64,000 nucleotides of DNA from the human T2T-CHM13v2.0 reference genome, Homo sapiens. Below the pieces are notes generated by a model. The model ran no database searches. It saw only the letters and a program-made list of their open reading frames with translations, and was not told where the DNA came from. This document shows, one piece after another, positions 18,653 to 31,409 of this stretch. The DNA is taken from assembly GCF_009914755.1 (NCBI RefSeq), contig NC_060927.1; one strand, given 5' to 3'. Position 1 is the stretch's first letter, and every line of letters starts with the position of its first letter. A program made the position numbers and the translations under genes.

Positions 18653-20092
18653 CTGGACCAATTTCAGGCTCTCCATGTGAGCAGTGGAAAAGTCTAGATT
18701 ATATACTGCTCATGAGCACTGTGATGGGGGTAGGTGGCAGGCTCTGGTTTCCAGATGTAATGTATCCTGTGAAGAATAAGACACAGGTAATTCATTCACA
18801 AAAATCACTGTGGTCTGGGAGACTGGGTCAAAATGGATGAGATCTATTGAAAACTGTGTAGTCTTCATTAATCTGATGCACTGGCCCTGTGCCTTCTGTG
18901 GAACCCTTTGGGTATATGGCTGCCTTTTGTCCTACTATCCACATTTTGTTCCACATGATAACATGTTTAGATCTAGAAACTCATGGTGAGTCAATTTCTC
19001 TGTCAAAAAAGTTTGGAGGTAATTGCTATCACATTAATAGAATTGCAAGTATTCCCAAAATTCATCCATGTGAGTAATTTATTTTCATCAATAGGAGAGA
19101 AAACTCCTCAATTCTGAAGAAACCTCAACTATTAGTGTATTAGTGCTTATGAGAGGATAACTTCAGGAGAAGGGGATAAATGGTAAAACCAACAGGAAAG
19201 AGAAGACATGACAGGAGGTTAATAAACTCAGCTTATTTTCCTTATCAAATTAAAGAGACGTTAAATACAAACCAGCACACTTTCTGGTTGCATGCTTGTA
19301 GTCTGTCTTTGTGTCCTATGTGAGCACTATTTATTCTACACGTATGATATTAATGTAATGCTTTTCTTATGATAGCACGCATTGGTACACAGAATTCCCA
19401 ATATAAGTTAGAATTCCCACTTCTCCTGAAATATTCGAAGAGACCAAGACATTTGCTGTCAGTACATGGGTTGGCCCACATGATCTGCCACCCTAAAACC
19501 CAGAAAAGCCTCATGCTTTTGCAAAAAGCCGGAGGTTTTCCTTTCTCAAGTTGTCCATTGGCCTACTCCAGCAATTCTGGGAAGATACCGTAGATTGCTA
19601 CTCAAGAGAAAAGGAAGGAAGAGGAAAAGGCAATAGGAGAGCCATTTTTACAAAGTATCGGCATGTGAGTCCTTGCACCTTATTTTTAAAAATGAGTTTT
19701 ATGATTCTTTCTCAAGGGGAGACAAGGAGCTGCTAGTGGACCTGTCTCTGTGGACTATAAATCTGTGGAGGTGTTTGTGGCAGATGGCGCATTGTGATTC
19801 TCACAAGGGCTTTAAATCTCCTGGCCTGGCTTCCTTCTCCTTGGGGGCTCGATGCCAGTTTGAGGTTTATCAAATCCCAATCATATCAGATTTACTGACT
19901 TGTCATTTTGCTGCTCTGCCTATCTTTATTATTTATATCTTAGCTGTATCCTTCCACTGTCCCTCAAGAGGATTGACCTATCTTCCGGTGTAAAGGAGAG
20001 TTAAAATAAAAACAGAGCCATTAGAACGTGACAGGGAATGAGAAGCTGGGAGGTGTATGAGAACCAGAATAATTCTCTGTATTGAAAAAATA

Positions 20093-20812
<720 letters not shown>

Positions 20813-20953
20813 TCAAGGCAAAAAAGAGCATGATGATCCACTTTTCTGCCACTTCATACATCTCACCACTAAATACTCCGGAGAAAGGGGATGAACAGTG
20901 ACCAGGCTGGTAAGCACACTTTCCACAGTACTTCCCTGCATGGAGACACTTAC

Positions 20954-21257
20954 CTGATAATATGGATGCGACGGCTGCAATGATGAAGGACACAATGACA
21001 CCAGGTCCTGCCATTTCCTTGGCCACCAGGCCAGAGACCACATACATGCCAGTGCCCACACAGCTGCCAACGCCAAGAGAGATGAGGTCCACTGTGGTGA
21101 GTACCTGGGCTAGCTTAGTTCCATGTGCCGTGGTGGTCCCAGTTCCCTCTAGCATGGACTCCACTGGTTTGGTGCGTAGGATCCTGGAGTGCATTGCATA
21201 CCAGGCAGCTCCCCACTGCACCCGCCGGGGGTCCAGCGAGGTGAAGAAGCCACTCAT
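20954..21257 (-). CDS. SLC7A14: First coding exon of SLC7A14 (cationic amino acid transporter family, APC fold): N-terminal 101 codons plus 1 nt
   Basis: Translation MSGFFTSLDPRRVQWGAAWYAMHSRILRTKPVESMLEG...LTTVDLISLGVGSCVGTGMYVVSGLVAKEMAGPGVIVSFIIAAVASILSG has the CAT/SLC7 TM1-TM2 signature (DL..LGVGS..G.G.YV..G.VA...AGP.V.SF.IAA.AS.L.G). Canonical donor CAG|GTAAGT at 20954/20953. ATG context CAAGATGA, with an in-frame upstream TGA. Confidence 0.96.
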
Positions 21258-21312
21258 CTTGAGCGATAGGGGATGCAGTGAAGGTCAGCTGATGGAAGGG
21301 GGCTACAAAGCC

Positions 21313-21336
21313 TTAGTGGATGGTTCTGGAACTCAT
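21313..21336 (-). promoter_or_regulatory. uORF2, MSSRTIH*
   Basis: ATG AGT TCC AGA ACC ATC CAC TAA, ending 55 nt before the main ATG. Weak Kozak. Confidence 0.5.
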
Positions 21337-21358
21337 CTAGTGAACAGGGATCTCCCTT

Positions 21359-21403
21359 TTAGGAAAGGCCCAGAGGGACCCAGTGCAGCCTTCTCCTGGG
21401 CAT
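21359..21403 (-). promoter_or_regulatory. uORF1, MPRRRLHWVPLGLS*
   Basis: ATG CCC AGG AGA AGG CTG CAC TGG GTC CCT CTG GGC CTT TCC TAA read from the UTR. Weak Kozak (T at -3). Translation not demonstrated. Confidence 0.55.
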
Positions 21404-21639
21404 GAATGTCTGCAGGAAAAACACAAGAAAGCAGAAGATGAGACCGAGTGAGAAACAAACCTTGACTTGCGGGGATGGTTGGAGGTTAATGTCCTGAACT
21501 GGTAGAACTGGTCTACCCGTGTGCTCATAACACGGAAGGGTTCCATGGTTCCACTCTCCTTGCTCTTCTCTCCAGTCCTAAAGGACTGCCGGCGCGTGCA
21601 CTGTGTTGCACAGTCATCCTGATGAGGATGGTCTGAGTT

Positions 21640-21810
21640 AGAGCTCTGCCACTTACTGCTCTGTGGTCTTGGGTAAGCCATGTCTGTGTTTCAGTCTCAG
21701 CTGTCCAATGGGACAATAAAGTCTCTCTCCTAGTGTTGATGTGAAGATTAGATGAGTGACGTCCATAAGGAGCTTAAGAAAATGCCTGGCGTATGGAAAG
21801 TGCTCATCCA
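21640..21810 (+). mobile_element. MIR
   Basis: GCTCTGCCACTTACTGCTCTGTGGTCTTGGGTAAG...GTGAAGATTAGATGAG. Confidence 0.7.
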
Positions 21811-21924
21811 TCTCAACTCTAACTACCTCTTACTTTGCCAATACTTGGTCTGTGATTCTTGGGCATATTTTGAGGGGACATGATATCTACATGTTTTTTA
21901 ACATAAAAATGTAAAATTAGATCC

Positions 21925-22600
21925 ATGAGTCTTAAGAGGGGCCATGCCACCCCATGGGTTATTTTGGCACTTGGCTCCCAAATGAAATAAAAAATGTTTT
22001 GGGAATTTTTTTTACTCTCAAACATTGGAATGGTGGGGAGTACTCCTGGCATCTGGGGGGAACCTGAGATGTGAGATGTGTAGGATGTTGTCACACAACT
22101 TTTAGATATTTTGCTTGACTTTCCTGTAGATAAAAATCCTGGTGATGATGATCTGAGCCTGTCAACTCACTCTCTTTTACATATAAACTCATAGGATATT
22201 TTGGATAGCCTTAATATACAAGTAAATTGAATTTTCCAGGAATACAACTATAGAATAAATCAAAGGAAGATTATAATGTATTTAGTTTGGAACTTAAGAG
22301 GAGTTGTTTGCCCTTTCAGAAAACCAAGGACCCCATGGGAATGCCACCCGTGGTATTGCATTTCTCATGCTGCACCCTGGAACAGCCTGCCATCTGGAAC
22401 TGGCACGTTTGCGGTGATTTTTCACATAGTGCAAGCATTTGACACCGTCATTTGGATATGCCTGGGTATTTACACACTGAAATATGTTGTATATAGGTAG
22501 ATGATCAATAATTTCACTTCAGGATACTAAAAGGAGGTATGACAAAGTATTTATTATAAAAAGGGGTGTTGGATCTGATAGAATTAAGAACTACAGTGTT
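21925..22600 (+). mobile_element. hAT-Charlie relic (MER20B-like)
   Basis: GTACTCCTGGCATCTGGG motif and a GATAGAATTAAGAACTACAG end resemble the MER20 family. A related reverse-strand piece lies at about 46770-47045. Confidence 0.45.
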
Positions 22601-23961
22601 AGGTAATTTCTAAAGTTTAGTAAATTAGGAACTGCAAATATATGAAGCTACATTCTTTGGAAGCCGGAAGCTGGAGAAAATTTATAAAAACTGTATAAAA
22701 TTTATAAAACTCATAAATGTATAGAATTTTTGAAGTATAGCCAGACGTTGATTCCAAATACTGTACTGACAAGCTCAGGACATTTATATAATCAGTAAGT
22801 ACCTGCCTACCTCATCTACTCATAGTATTAATGAATACTAAGCACTTAATGTAGCACTTGTCTGCTTCTAAAGGCTTTTCAAACGCTAATTAGAAGAATC
22901 AGGTGAAATGTGGCTGTTTGGTTCACAGGTTTGGGTGACAGCCTTTCTGGTTTAATTTTTTCCTAGCTTTGACAGTGTGGCTTCGTGCTGTGTTTTTATT
23001 CTTGACAACACCTTAGATATCACTATAGTTGGATAACACGCCAGAGATATTTAACAGGCTAGAGTGTCTGCATTCCTCCCTTCCACGTCCCCTTCCTCCT
23101 CTCCTCTTTCTTCTTCTAAAGATTTTCGTATTGGCAAGAAAATATACCATATGTTTACCGAGAAGGCCGCTAGAACAACTGCTTTGGTTGAGGTCTTGTG
23201 GGGACATGAATCCACGTGTCTATTTATTTCCACTCAGCCAGCATATAAGGAACACCTGTTATGTGCCAAGCATGGCGTGAGGCTTGTAGATGCAAAGACA
23301 TAGTCCCTGCTCCCATGGAGCTTGCAGCCTGGGATGAGAGATAGTGGACGCCAAATCACACTGCAAGTGAGAGGGTTTATTTTTGTTTTTCCCTGAAAAG
23401 CTTGGCCTTTATTATTTCTCTTTTTACACAAACATCGCATATCTATTGCAGAAAAGTCAGACAATATAAACAACAAAGAACCACATGAGTAAATAAAATA
23501 CCACCCAGCTAGCTACAACTTGATTTATATTCTTTCAGACCCTTTTCTATGTAACTACACACCTATTTGAATGGACATATATATATGTGTGTGTGTTTTA
23601 TAAATGTTATATCATTTATTCTGATTTGAAACTTTCTTGTTTTGCTTAACAATATGTTAGAATGTTTTCCCACATCAATAGTTATGGAAACATCATTTTT
23701 AATAACTGAGTAGTAGCTTCACTATTGTGGCTTCAGTGTTTTTATTCAGAAAATTGGCCTGTTGCTTTAGTTTTAATTCATCCGTTCAAGAAACTATACA
23801 AAGCATCTTCTCTGTGTCAGCCCAGCCTTAGGTAGCAGTTGCTGTGGCAAATGAGACATTCAAAGTCCTGCTGTCATGGTGCTGACGTTTGGTGAAGAGG
23901 GAGGAGGCAATACACAGGCTGACAGATAAAATCAGTCAGTTTCAGAGAGGGATACAGACTG

Positions 23962-24480
23962 TGTTATGGGCTGAATCATGGCCCCCCCAAATTAGAATGT
24001 TGGAGTCCTAGCCACCACACCTCAGAATGTGACTGTATATGGAAATAATATCATTATAGATGAAATTAGTTGGGGGGAGGTCATACCAAAGTAGAATGGG
24101 CCCTTAGTCCATATGACTGATGTCCTTATAAAAAGGGGAAATTTGTAAACAAAGTCACACACACAGGGAGAACAGACATGGGGGTTATGCCTCTACAAGC
24201 AAAGGGATGCCTCAGATTGCCACGAAACCACCAGAAGCTAGAAAAGAGGCAGGGAACGGATTCTTCCTCATAGCTCTAAGAAGCCAACCCTGCTGACACC
24301 TTAGTCTTGGATTTCTAGACTCCAGAATGGTGAGACAATACATTTCTATTGCTTAAGCCACATGGACCGTGGTATTAGGTTGGCACAAAAGTAATTGCAG
24401 TAAAGCACAAATTGCAAAAACCGCAATTACTTTTGCACCAACACAATACTTTGTTATGGCAGCCCTAGCAAACTAGTACA
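23962..24480 (+). mobile_element. MaLR solo LTR (MLT1B/C-like)
   Basis: TGTTATGGGCTGAAT...CCTCAGAATGTGACT...GCAGCCCTAGCAAACTAGTACA (TG...CA termini). Confidence 0.88.
24373..24448. mobile_element. MADE1 (Hsmar1 MITE) nested in the MLT1 LTR
   Basis: TA-TTAGGTTGGCACAAAAGTAATTGC ... GCAATTACTTTTGCACCAAC-ACAA-TA. Confidence 0.92.
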
Positions 24481-26754
24481 GGCTTAGAGGAAATAAAATG
24501 GGGGTGATAAAGGGGTGGGAAGGTCTCTGTGGACATGGCATTGGCTCCTGAGTGGTGCAAAGAAGCCAGTTGTACCAGATGTCAGGGAAATGCTCCTCAC
24601 ATTGTGGTTCAAGAGGATAGAGCGGGTGTTGCATCTGCTGGGATCTAAGTGAGACTGGTATGGGGTAAGGAGGAGGATTTGAGTGTCGTGTTGACTAATT
24701 AAATCCTCACAACATATCTCCCTTTACAGATGAGGCAAAGTAGGCCGGGAGAAGGGCAGTCACTTACCCAAAGTCACCAGAGCCAGAGCTTGGCCCTGGG
24801 CTCCGTGGGGCTCTCTTGCTTAAGATGCGCAGAGGTCAGACTGCCAGGGGGCTGGTCAGCCAAGATAACAGGGATGTGATTTGGATATTTAGTGCAGTGA
24901 GAAGCCCTTGGAGGCTTTTATTCAGGTGAGCAATATGAGATGACTTACTTTCTAAAAGCTCATTGTAGCTGCGGCAGAATCTTGGGCCCTGGGATCCTTT
25001 AAGGCAGCCCGGGATGGATGTAAAAAGGCGAGGGGTGTGGACCTGCTGCAGCGGGGAGGCCGACAAGTAAGCAGAGATCTATAAGCCAGTGGGACTCTGC
25101 AGCCAGGGCAGTGCCTGTACACAGGACACTATGCAGGAGGGAGAAAAATTGTCAGCCGGCTCCAGGAGAACCTCACAAGCTGTGCGCTGCTGGAATCGAG
25201 GAGAGAGGCCCTGCGGCAGGTTGTGGCTGTGGTAAATGCAGGTGGGCTTCATGCCCGCTTTTGAGGGGTGGTGAATGGTTTCCCATCTTGAGACCCTTGG
25301 CAGTGGCTCTCCATCTTGGTTGCACGTTGGAAATACCCAAGGATCTTTCAGAAATGCTGGTGCCTGTGCCCCATCCCCAAAATTCTAATGTAATTTGCCT
25401 GAAGTATGGCCTATATACAGGGGTTCTTTAAATGCCCCAGCTTATGCTAGCACAGCAGAATTGAGGTTCCCTGCCCCATGCCAGGCATAATGACAAATGC
25501 TCCGTGTGGAAAACCAGATATTGCTGTTTTCCACAGGAGGCCACTACTCTGACAGGTACTTCCGGTTTCCTTCCCTGGGCAGGTCATGGGGCCTCTTAAC
25601 AGCTCTCCTCGGCAGGCAATGACTATGGAGGCGGCACTGTCTGGAGATATCTCCTGGGCTACTTGTCCTGTTCAGCCTTCATCAGAAACTGTCACAAGGA
25701 CACCGAGAAACAAACCAGCCTTTTTATGAAAGTGATGGCTTCTATTTGCACTTCGTATTCCTGGTAATTAGAAACCGTATTGAAAATGTGGAGAATCAAC
25801 CAAAAGCAAAGGTTGAGGGTGGCAAGAATGCCCCCTGGTCCTATTCTCTTCACGCAATTCCCCTGAGTGCTTGCTTTATTGATGCAAACAGGGAGTTGGG
25901 ACCATTTCCTTTCTTGGTAGGAAATGTACTGGAGAGAACAAAATGTACAAAAGAAAACATGCTTCTAGGTGACTATTGGCAATATCCATATTCATTACCC
26001 CCAGATTATGTTAATCAAATATAGTTTTGGAAGCTCATTGCTGTTGTCTTTCCAAGATGAGCAATAAATGTGTGTTGTGCTTTCTCTAGCACTTTAATTC
26101 AGGTTTCTCAAAATACTTCACAGCTATAACTAAGGAAGGCTTACAGGGCCTCTGGGAGAAGAGAGTCATCATTGTGGTGCTTGCTGGCATGCTCGAGGGT
26201 TCAGTGGGCTCCAAGGATAATGATGATAAAAGCAGGTTTGTTTCAGGATGCAAATAATTACAGTTGAGTAGTTCACTGAATGAGTAGGATTATCGAATTA
26301 GGCTAGAGACTGCCTTTGGAGGTGAGGAGAGGAAGGAAACGAAGGCTAACAAAACAGTAAACAGCCAGTAATCATTCCTGCCTGATTTTGCAAATATGCT
26401 AAGGGACTACAAAAATCCCTCATGACACACTCGATGAGTAGTTGTCCAGCTTTTTCTGGAACATCTGGGCCGCAGGGAACATTGGCTGATAGAAGCAGCC
26501 CTTTCATGTGGTGGGACAGTTAGGATTGCTACAGGATTCTTTTAATTGATGTCCCCAGGAAAAATGAGGCTGCAGTTAGAGTAAACGTTGCCTGGTTTTC
26601 TGAGCCCCACCTGGTGACTGTGGGATCTGAGGACCCTTCTGAGGTCTCTGCCCACTCCCGCATCCAGGTCTTGGCTAACCCTCTCACCACCTCCCTGCTT
26701 TTCTTCCTCTGGGCTGAGCTCCTGGCTCTGGGTTAAGAACACAATTCAGGAACC

Positions 26755-26960
26755 AGGTGCCCTGCATGCAAATTCTGCCTCTGCCTTTACTAACTAAGTG
26801 ACCTTGGGCAAACCTCACTATGCGTCAGTTTTGCCATTTGTAAAATGGGATCACAGTGGTACCTAGCTCACAGGGTTGTGGTGAGGAGTGGAAGAGCTAA
26901 TACGTGTAGAGCTTTTAGTACCGCGCCTGGCATATAGTGCATGCTGTGGGAGCGTTAGCT
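26755..26960 (+). mobile_element. MIR
   Basis: GTGACCTTGGGCAA...TGTAAAATGGGAT...GCCTGGCATATAGT. Confidence 0.8.
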
Positions 26961-27969
26961 AGCATCACCCTGCTGTGGCCCCTGACCAGGTGTTTTTTTT
27001 TTTTTGTTGTTGTTGTTCCCTGCTACTGACACCCTTCCCACCACCTTCACCTCCTTAGGCAGCTCTCAGAGGGCCCTTGGCCTGATGCCAAGTCCTTAAT
27101 CAGGGCTTTTTTCTGTTGAACCTCCCCTGGGTTTCTCCTGGCTGCAGCCTGTGCACCTGGTACTTCCACTCCAAGGGATTCTTATTTACCTTTCTCAAAC
27201 TTGTGGAGAACGGCTTTCCTCTTTCCTGTTTTCCTTTATCTAAAGGGGCCTTCAGCAGATTTGCTTAGGCCTTTGGGTGTTATGCCTCCTCTCATTCTTC
27301 TATACTTTTGACTTTTTTCCCCAAGATGCACACATACCTTTGGGATGGCTAGACCATGGTAGGTTCACCTTCAGTTGCCACCCCATCCCTGAAAACATGA
27401 TCCCCTTCTGACTTTTATGCCTGTGGCTTACTCTGGCTCACTCAGCTAGCATAAGCTTTGATGGTGGATCCTCTCCTGAAGTCCTTGCTCTTCTACTCCT
27501 TCCAAGCTCACCAGATACGGCTTTATGTTTGCACCATAACTGGGGATGTGCTTGCATGTCAGCCACTCTGACTTTATACTACGTGGCCAGGTACAGGCCA
27601 GATGCGTCTTAATCTCAGGGTCTGCTCAGCTCTGACAGAATATCCTGGTAAACTGAACTGTGATGTGTGTCCCAGTAACTCTCTTCTGTTGTCTGCAGTT
27701 TTGCTCTCTGTATCTATACAGATTAGAGTTAATCTGCTTATGGGATAAGTCTTCAAGTTTTTGATAGCAACTAACATATATCTTGGAGTCTTATCTTTCC
27801 TAGACTAAACATCTTCAATTTCTTCTGCGATCAACAGTGCCTCACATGTTATAGCTTCTAGATCAACCACATTCTGATTTGTACTTCTTGAATAGGCTGC
27901 AGCTTATCATGGTTGACACTTTTGGACCATGACAGAGTGGTAAGGGAGATGTTTTTGATCCATCTGGCC

Positions 27970-27971
<2 letters not shown>

Positions 27972-28011
<40 letters not shown>

Positions 28012-28017
28012 TGTGTG
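27972..28017. repeat. (GT)n microsatellite
   Basis: About 22 GT units with one interruption. Confidence 0.97.
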
Positions 28018-28413
28018 CACGCACACACATGTGTGCACAAGCACGTGCCTCTTAAATCATGCAGTGTTGGTGCCTGACAAATTCACTTAGATGTACGATT
28101 GGCTTTAAAACCAGGGTTCCTGATTTTCAGATGGCTAATTTTTTCAGTTGTATCTTTGCTGAGTGTTTGATCAAACCCACTTCAAATATTTTTTGATTAC
28201 CTACCATATTATTTAATGATGTGCTAGCCTGTTTATATTGTATGTGGAGTCTCAGACACAGCCAACTTCGTTTTACTTGGAATATCTTTAAAGGGGACTA
28301 TGAATCTATAATGACTGCATATTTTAGCTATGCAAATAAGATTGCACCAATTAAGCTTCCTTTTCAAAGCTTGTTGGTTTTTTTTGTTTGTTTGTTTCTA
28401 AAAAGTTATTGAG

Positions 28414-28830
28414 TATATTAATCAGCTTTTGCTGTAGTAACAAACAACCCCAAATTTGAATATTACAACGGTGATGTTTGTCTCTTGCTGTGGCTGTACT
28501 CCAGACAGTGGATCGGCTTCAGATCTTTTCCCCAATCTGGACTGGGAGTCTACTCCACACGCCTTCTTATTCCAGGATTCAGGCTGAAGGAGCAATCCCT
28601 ATCTGATGCATGCTGCTCTTTCGTGGCACAACTGGTGGAAATGTAAAATGTCTCTACTGCTTGTGCTGGGAACTGGCAGTTCCACTGACTTTCCATTAAC
28701 TAAAGTAAGTCATATGACCAAGCCCAAAGTTAGTGGGGTGAGAAGTGTCCTCCTCCCATTGAAGGCAGGTGAGTCACATGGCACAGGGCGAAGTTGTGCA
28801 CTTTTCTTATGAAGGAGGATGTAAACAGTT
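28414..28830 (-). mobile_element. Old MaLR LTR (MLT1J/K-like)
   Basis: TATATTAATCAGC...GTAACAAACAACCCCAAAT...AAAGTAAGTCATATGACCAAGCCCAAAGT. Confidence 0.7.
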
Positions 28831-29799
28831 TTGATGATATGTCACTGATCCCTTACTATGCACTAGGCAAAGCAATTATATTTTTCTTCTGAGGCTGTTT
28901 TCTCTGAAATGGGCAGATATCTGTACATCTGAGGAAGAAACTTAAGACTCTGATGTGTTCATTCCTGCATTTCCACAATTAATTCTTTAAAGATATAAAT
29001 AATGATTGCCTGTAAATAGGTAAATTAAAAATTCATCTGCTTCCAACACCAGGCAGAACAAAATAAAGAGAAACCTGTTTAATTTTGTTTGCTTGAAATA
29101 ATTCTTTAAAAAAAACTTATGAAAACAATTGATTTTTACCTGGTCTGGGACAATATTTCTACTGACACAAATAGTTTCCCATTCTGCTCCCCTGTTTGTC
29201 AACACTCCAGAGTTGCGAATACTCTCTGTGTATATATTTGTTGGAAACTGTGGTGAAAACACTCTCAAGAGCATCTACTTGGAGAAGGAAGGATAGGCTT
29301 GTTCAGAGATTGGTTACTGAGCGTTGAGACACCACGTTTCTCCTTCGATGCCCCAGTCAGGGAGGGTATCACAGTTTGACATCACCTTCTCCTCTCCTTT
29401 TCCATGGACCTCAGGTCCGGTGCCTCAGGTCTTTGCTTGGGGCTAGGTGTCCTTGCATGTGTGGCCACAGTCTGGCATCACCTTCCACTCTTCTCCCGCA
29501 GATCAGGGTCTCCCAGGTTAGGGTCTCAGGTCTCTGCTTGGTGTCATGTGTTATTCATTGTATATAAGATAATATTAACAAAACCAGAGTTCAGGAAATG
29601 AAAAACTCTTCATTAATCAGATATTACTGGGAAACCTCTCTGTTAGAAGGGACAAATAATACCAAAAACCAGTTAATCCTTCTATGCCACCATAAAAGAT
29701 TTAAGAATTTGTATTAATCATTGCAAAAGTATTTAATGAGTTCCCGGTGTGTGTTTAGTTCAATGGTAGCTGTTATGGCCATAAAATAAATTATTGTAA

Positions 29800-30292
29800 T
29801 CTACAGAATATCAGGAATTTAGGCACAAGGCAGCTTCAGGGAGTGCGAGTGTCCTTTGCTTGTCCTTCCAGATCCACCCAGCAGCCCACTGGCTGTGTCC
29901 TGGGGAGCTGACATGCTCCCTTGCCCTCTGGTTGGATTGGTCAATGGGAGGCACCAGCAGGTGATCAGGAGGATGGAAGAGAGGCAGGCCAGGTGTTTAT
30001 CCCTAGCTTCCCTTTGCCAGGTCACTGTGGGTTGGCTGTGGCTCCAGCCAGGTGGCCCTCTCCACATAGCCCTAACTCTCTCTGGTTCTGATAATTCTTT
30101 CTTTATCCCCCCTGTCATTTCAGGCAGTGGGTAGTACTCATGTTTCTAGCCCTTGGAACTGCATTTTGCCTCATGATTTCTCTGCCCACTGCCCTCATCT
30201 TTATATATATTAACAGTTCTTTTCACTAACTTTCCTCAAAATACCAGGCTTGAGTGTGCCACGTGCTTCCTGCTGGGATCCTGACTGATACA
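29800..30292 (+). mobile_element. ERVL-type LTR (LTR33-like)
   Basis: 3' end TGAGTGTGCC..TGCTTCCTGCTGGGATCCTGACTGATACA. Confidence 0.7.
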
Positions 30293-30354
30293 TGGGTATA
30301 TTAGACGGCTGAGATAGATTCAGGAAATCAACAATACCCGCTGTGTCTACAGAG

Positions 30355-30545
30355 ATACTGGGTTTGAAGTCTGAACAGTGAGGTCTGGGCTTTGACTCTG
30401 CTGTGTGACCTTGGGTTTGTATCTTAAAATCCCTGAGCGTCAGTTTTATTATCTGAAATACAGGAGAAATAATAGTTACCTTGTAAACCTGTCATGAGGA
30501 TTTAATGAGATGATGCTTGTGGATGCAGTTTGGAAACCACAAAGC
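30355..30545 (+). mobile_element. MIR
   Basis: CTGTGTGACCTTGGG...TGAGGATTTAATGAGAT. Confidence 0.7.
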
Positions 30546-31409
30546 AACCTATAAGTGTAGGTATTGAAAATGTGACCAATGCCCCAAATATAGCTAAGAG
30601 ACCGTAAGAGACTTGGTAATTAGCAGAAGTAGATCATAAGCTGTTTGCAATGCTTTGCTTGCCAAAGAAGAAGAGTGAACCATAAAAGTTTAGAAAAACT
30701 TTGAATGGAAGACTGATATAGCAATATTTTTTCTGGTTCATATTTGATTAGCCAGAAAAGTTAATTAGTTAGAACATATTTCCCAAACCTTCCAGTTACT
30801 TGGAGTTTAACTGCATACAAAAGTTATTGGGAAGTCTGATGGGCCCATAGGTCATTTCTAAATACATGCAGATTTCCAAAATTAACACTGAAAAGTGAGA
30901 GCACACTATCATACCATGAATATAGAGTGAATACTCTGTACTCATGAATCAGGAGACCGGAGGTTTTGTCCCAGTCCCGTAGGACAAGCTATGGGTGAGA
31001 CTTGAGTAAGCCACAGCTTGCTAAGGTTTCTATTTTCTCATTTAGAAAATGTTGATAGGGACTTTTTAATGCAACACTATAGTTGCAAAGTGTACTCATG
31101 AGAGATGCATAAGGTGGCTTTTTGCACAAAAATTCTGGTCTCCTCATCCCAAATGTGATTGTAGAGGCCATTCTGAAATGATGAGATCATAAAATATTTG
31201 TATTTGAGATCATCCAGCCTGGCACCTTCATGCCATGTGTAATCTGAGCCCCCAGAAGACAATCTGCACCCACTCTGGCTGGATGCCCATCTCAGCATGT
31301 CCTTACACTCAAGACAGAACACTAACTGGACTCCTAAGATACTGAAGGAAATGGAAGCCTTTCTGGCAAAATAGAGAAATGCTATCACATATCTCACACA
31401 ATTCCCTCT

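Larger units (their letters stand above)
21258..21409 (-). other. SLC7A14: 5' UTR part of the SLC7A14 start-codon exon (152 nt)
   Basis: Minus-strand acceptor TTTCTTGTGTTTTTCCTGCAG|ACATTC, with AG at 21411-21410. Confidence 0.85.

Noticed and set aside
20962-21405. 147-aa plus-strand ORF
   Set aside because: Antisense shadow of the SLC7A14 exon with no recognisable domain.
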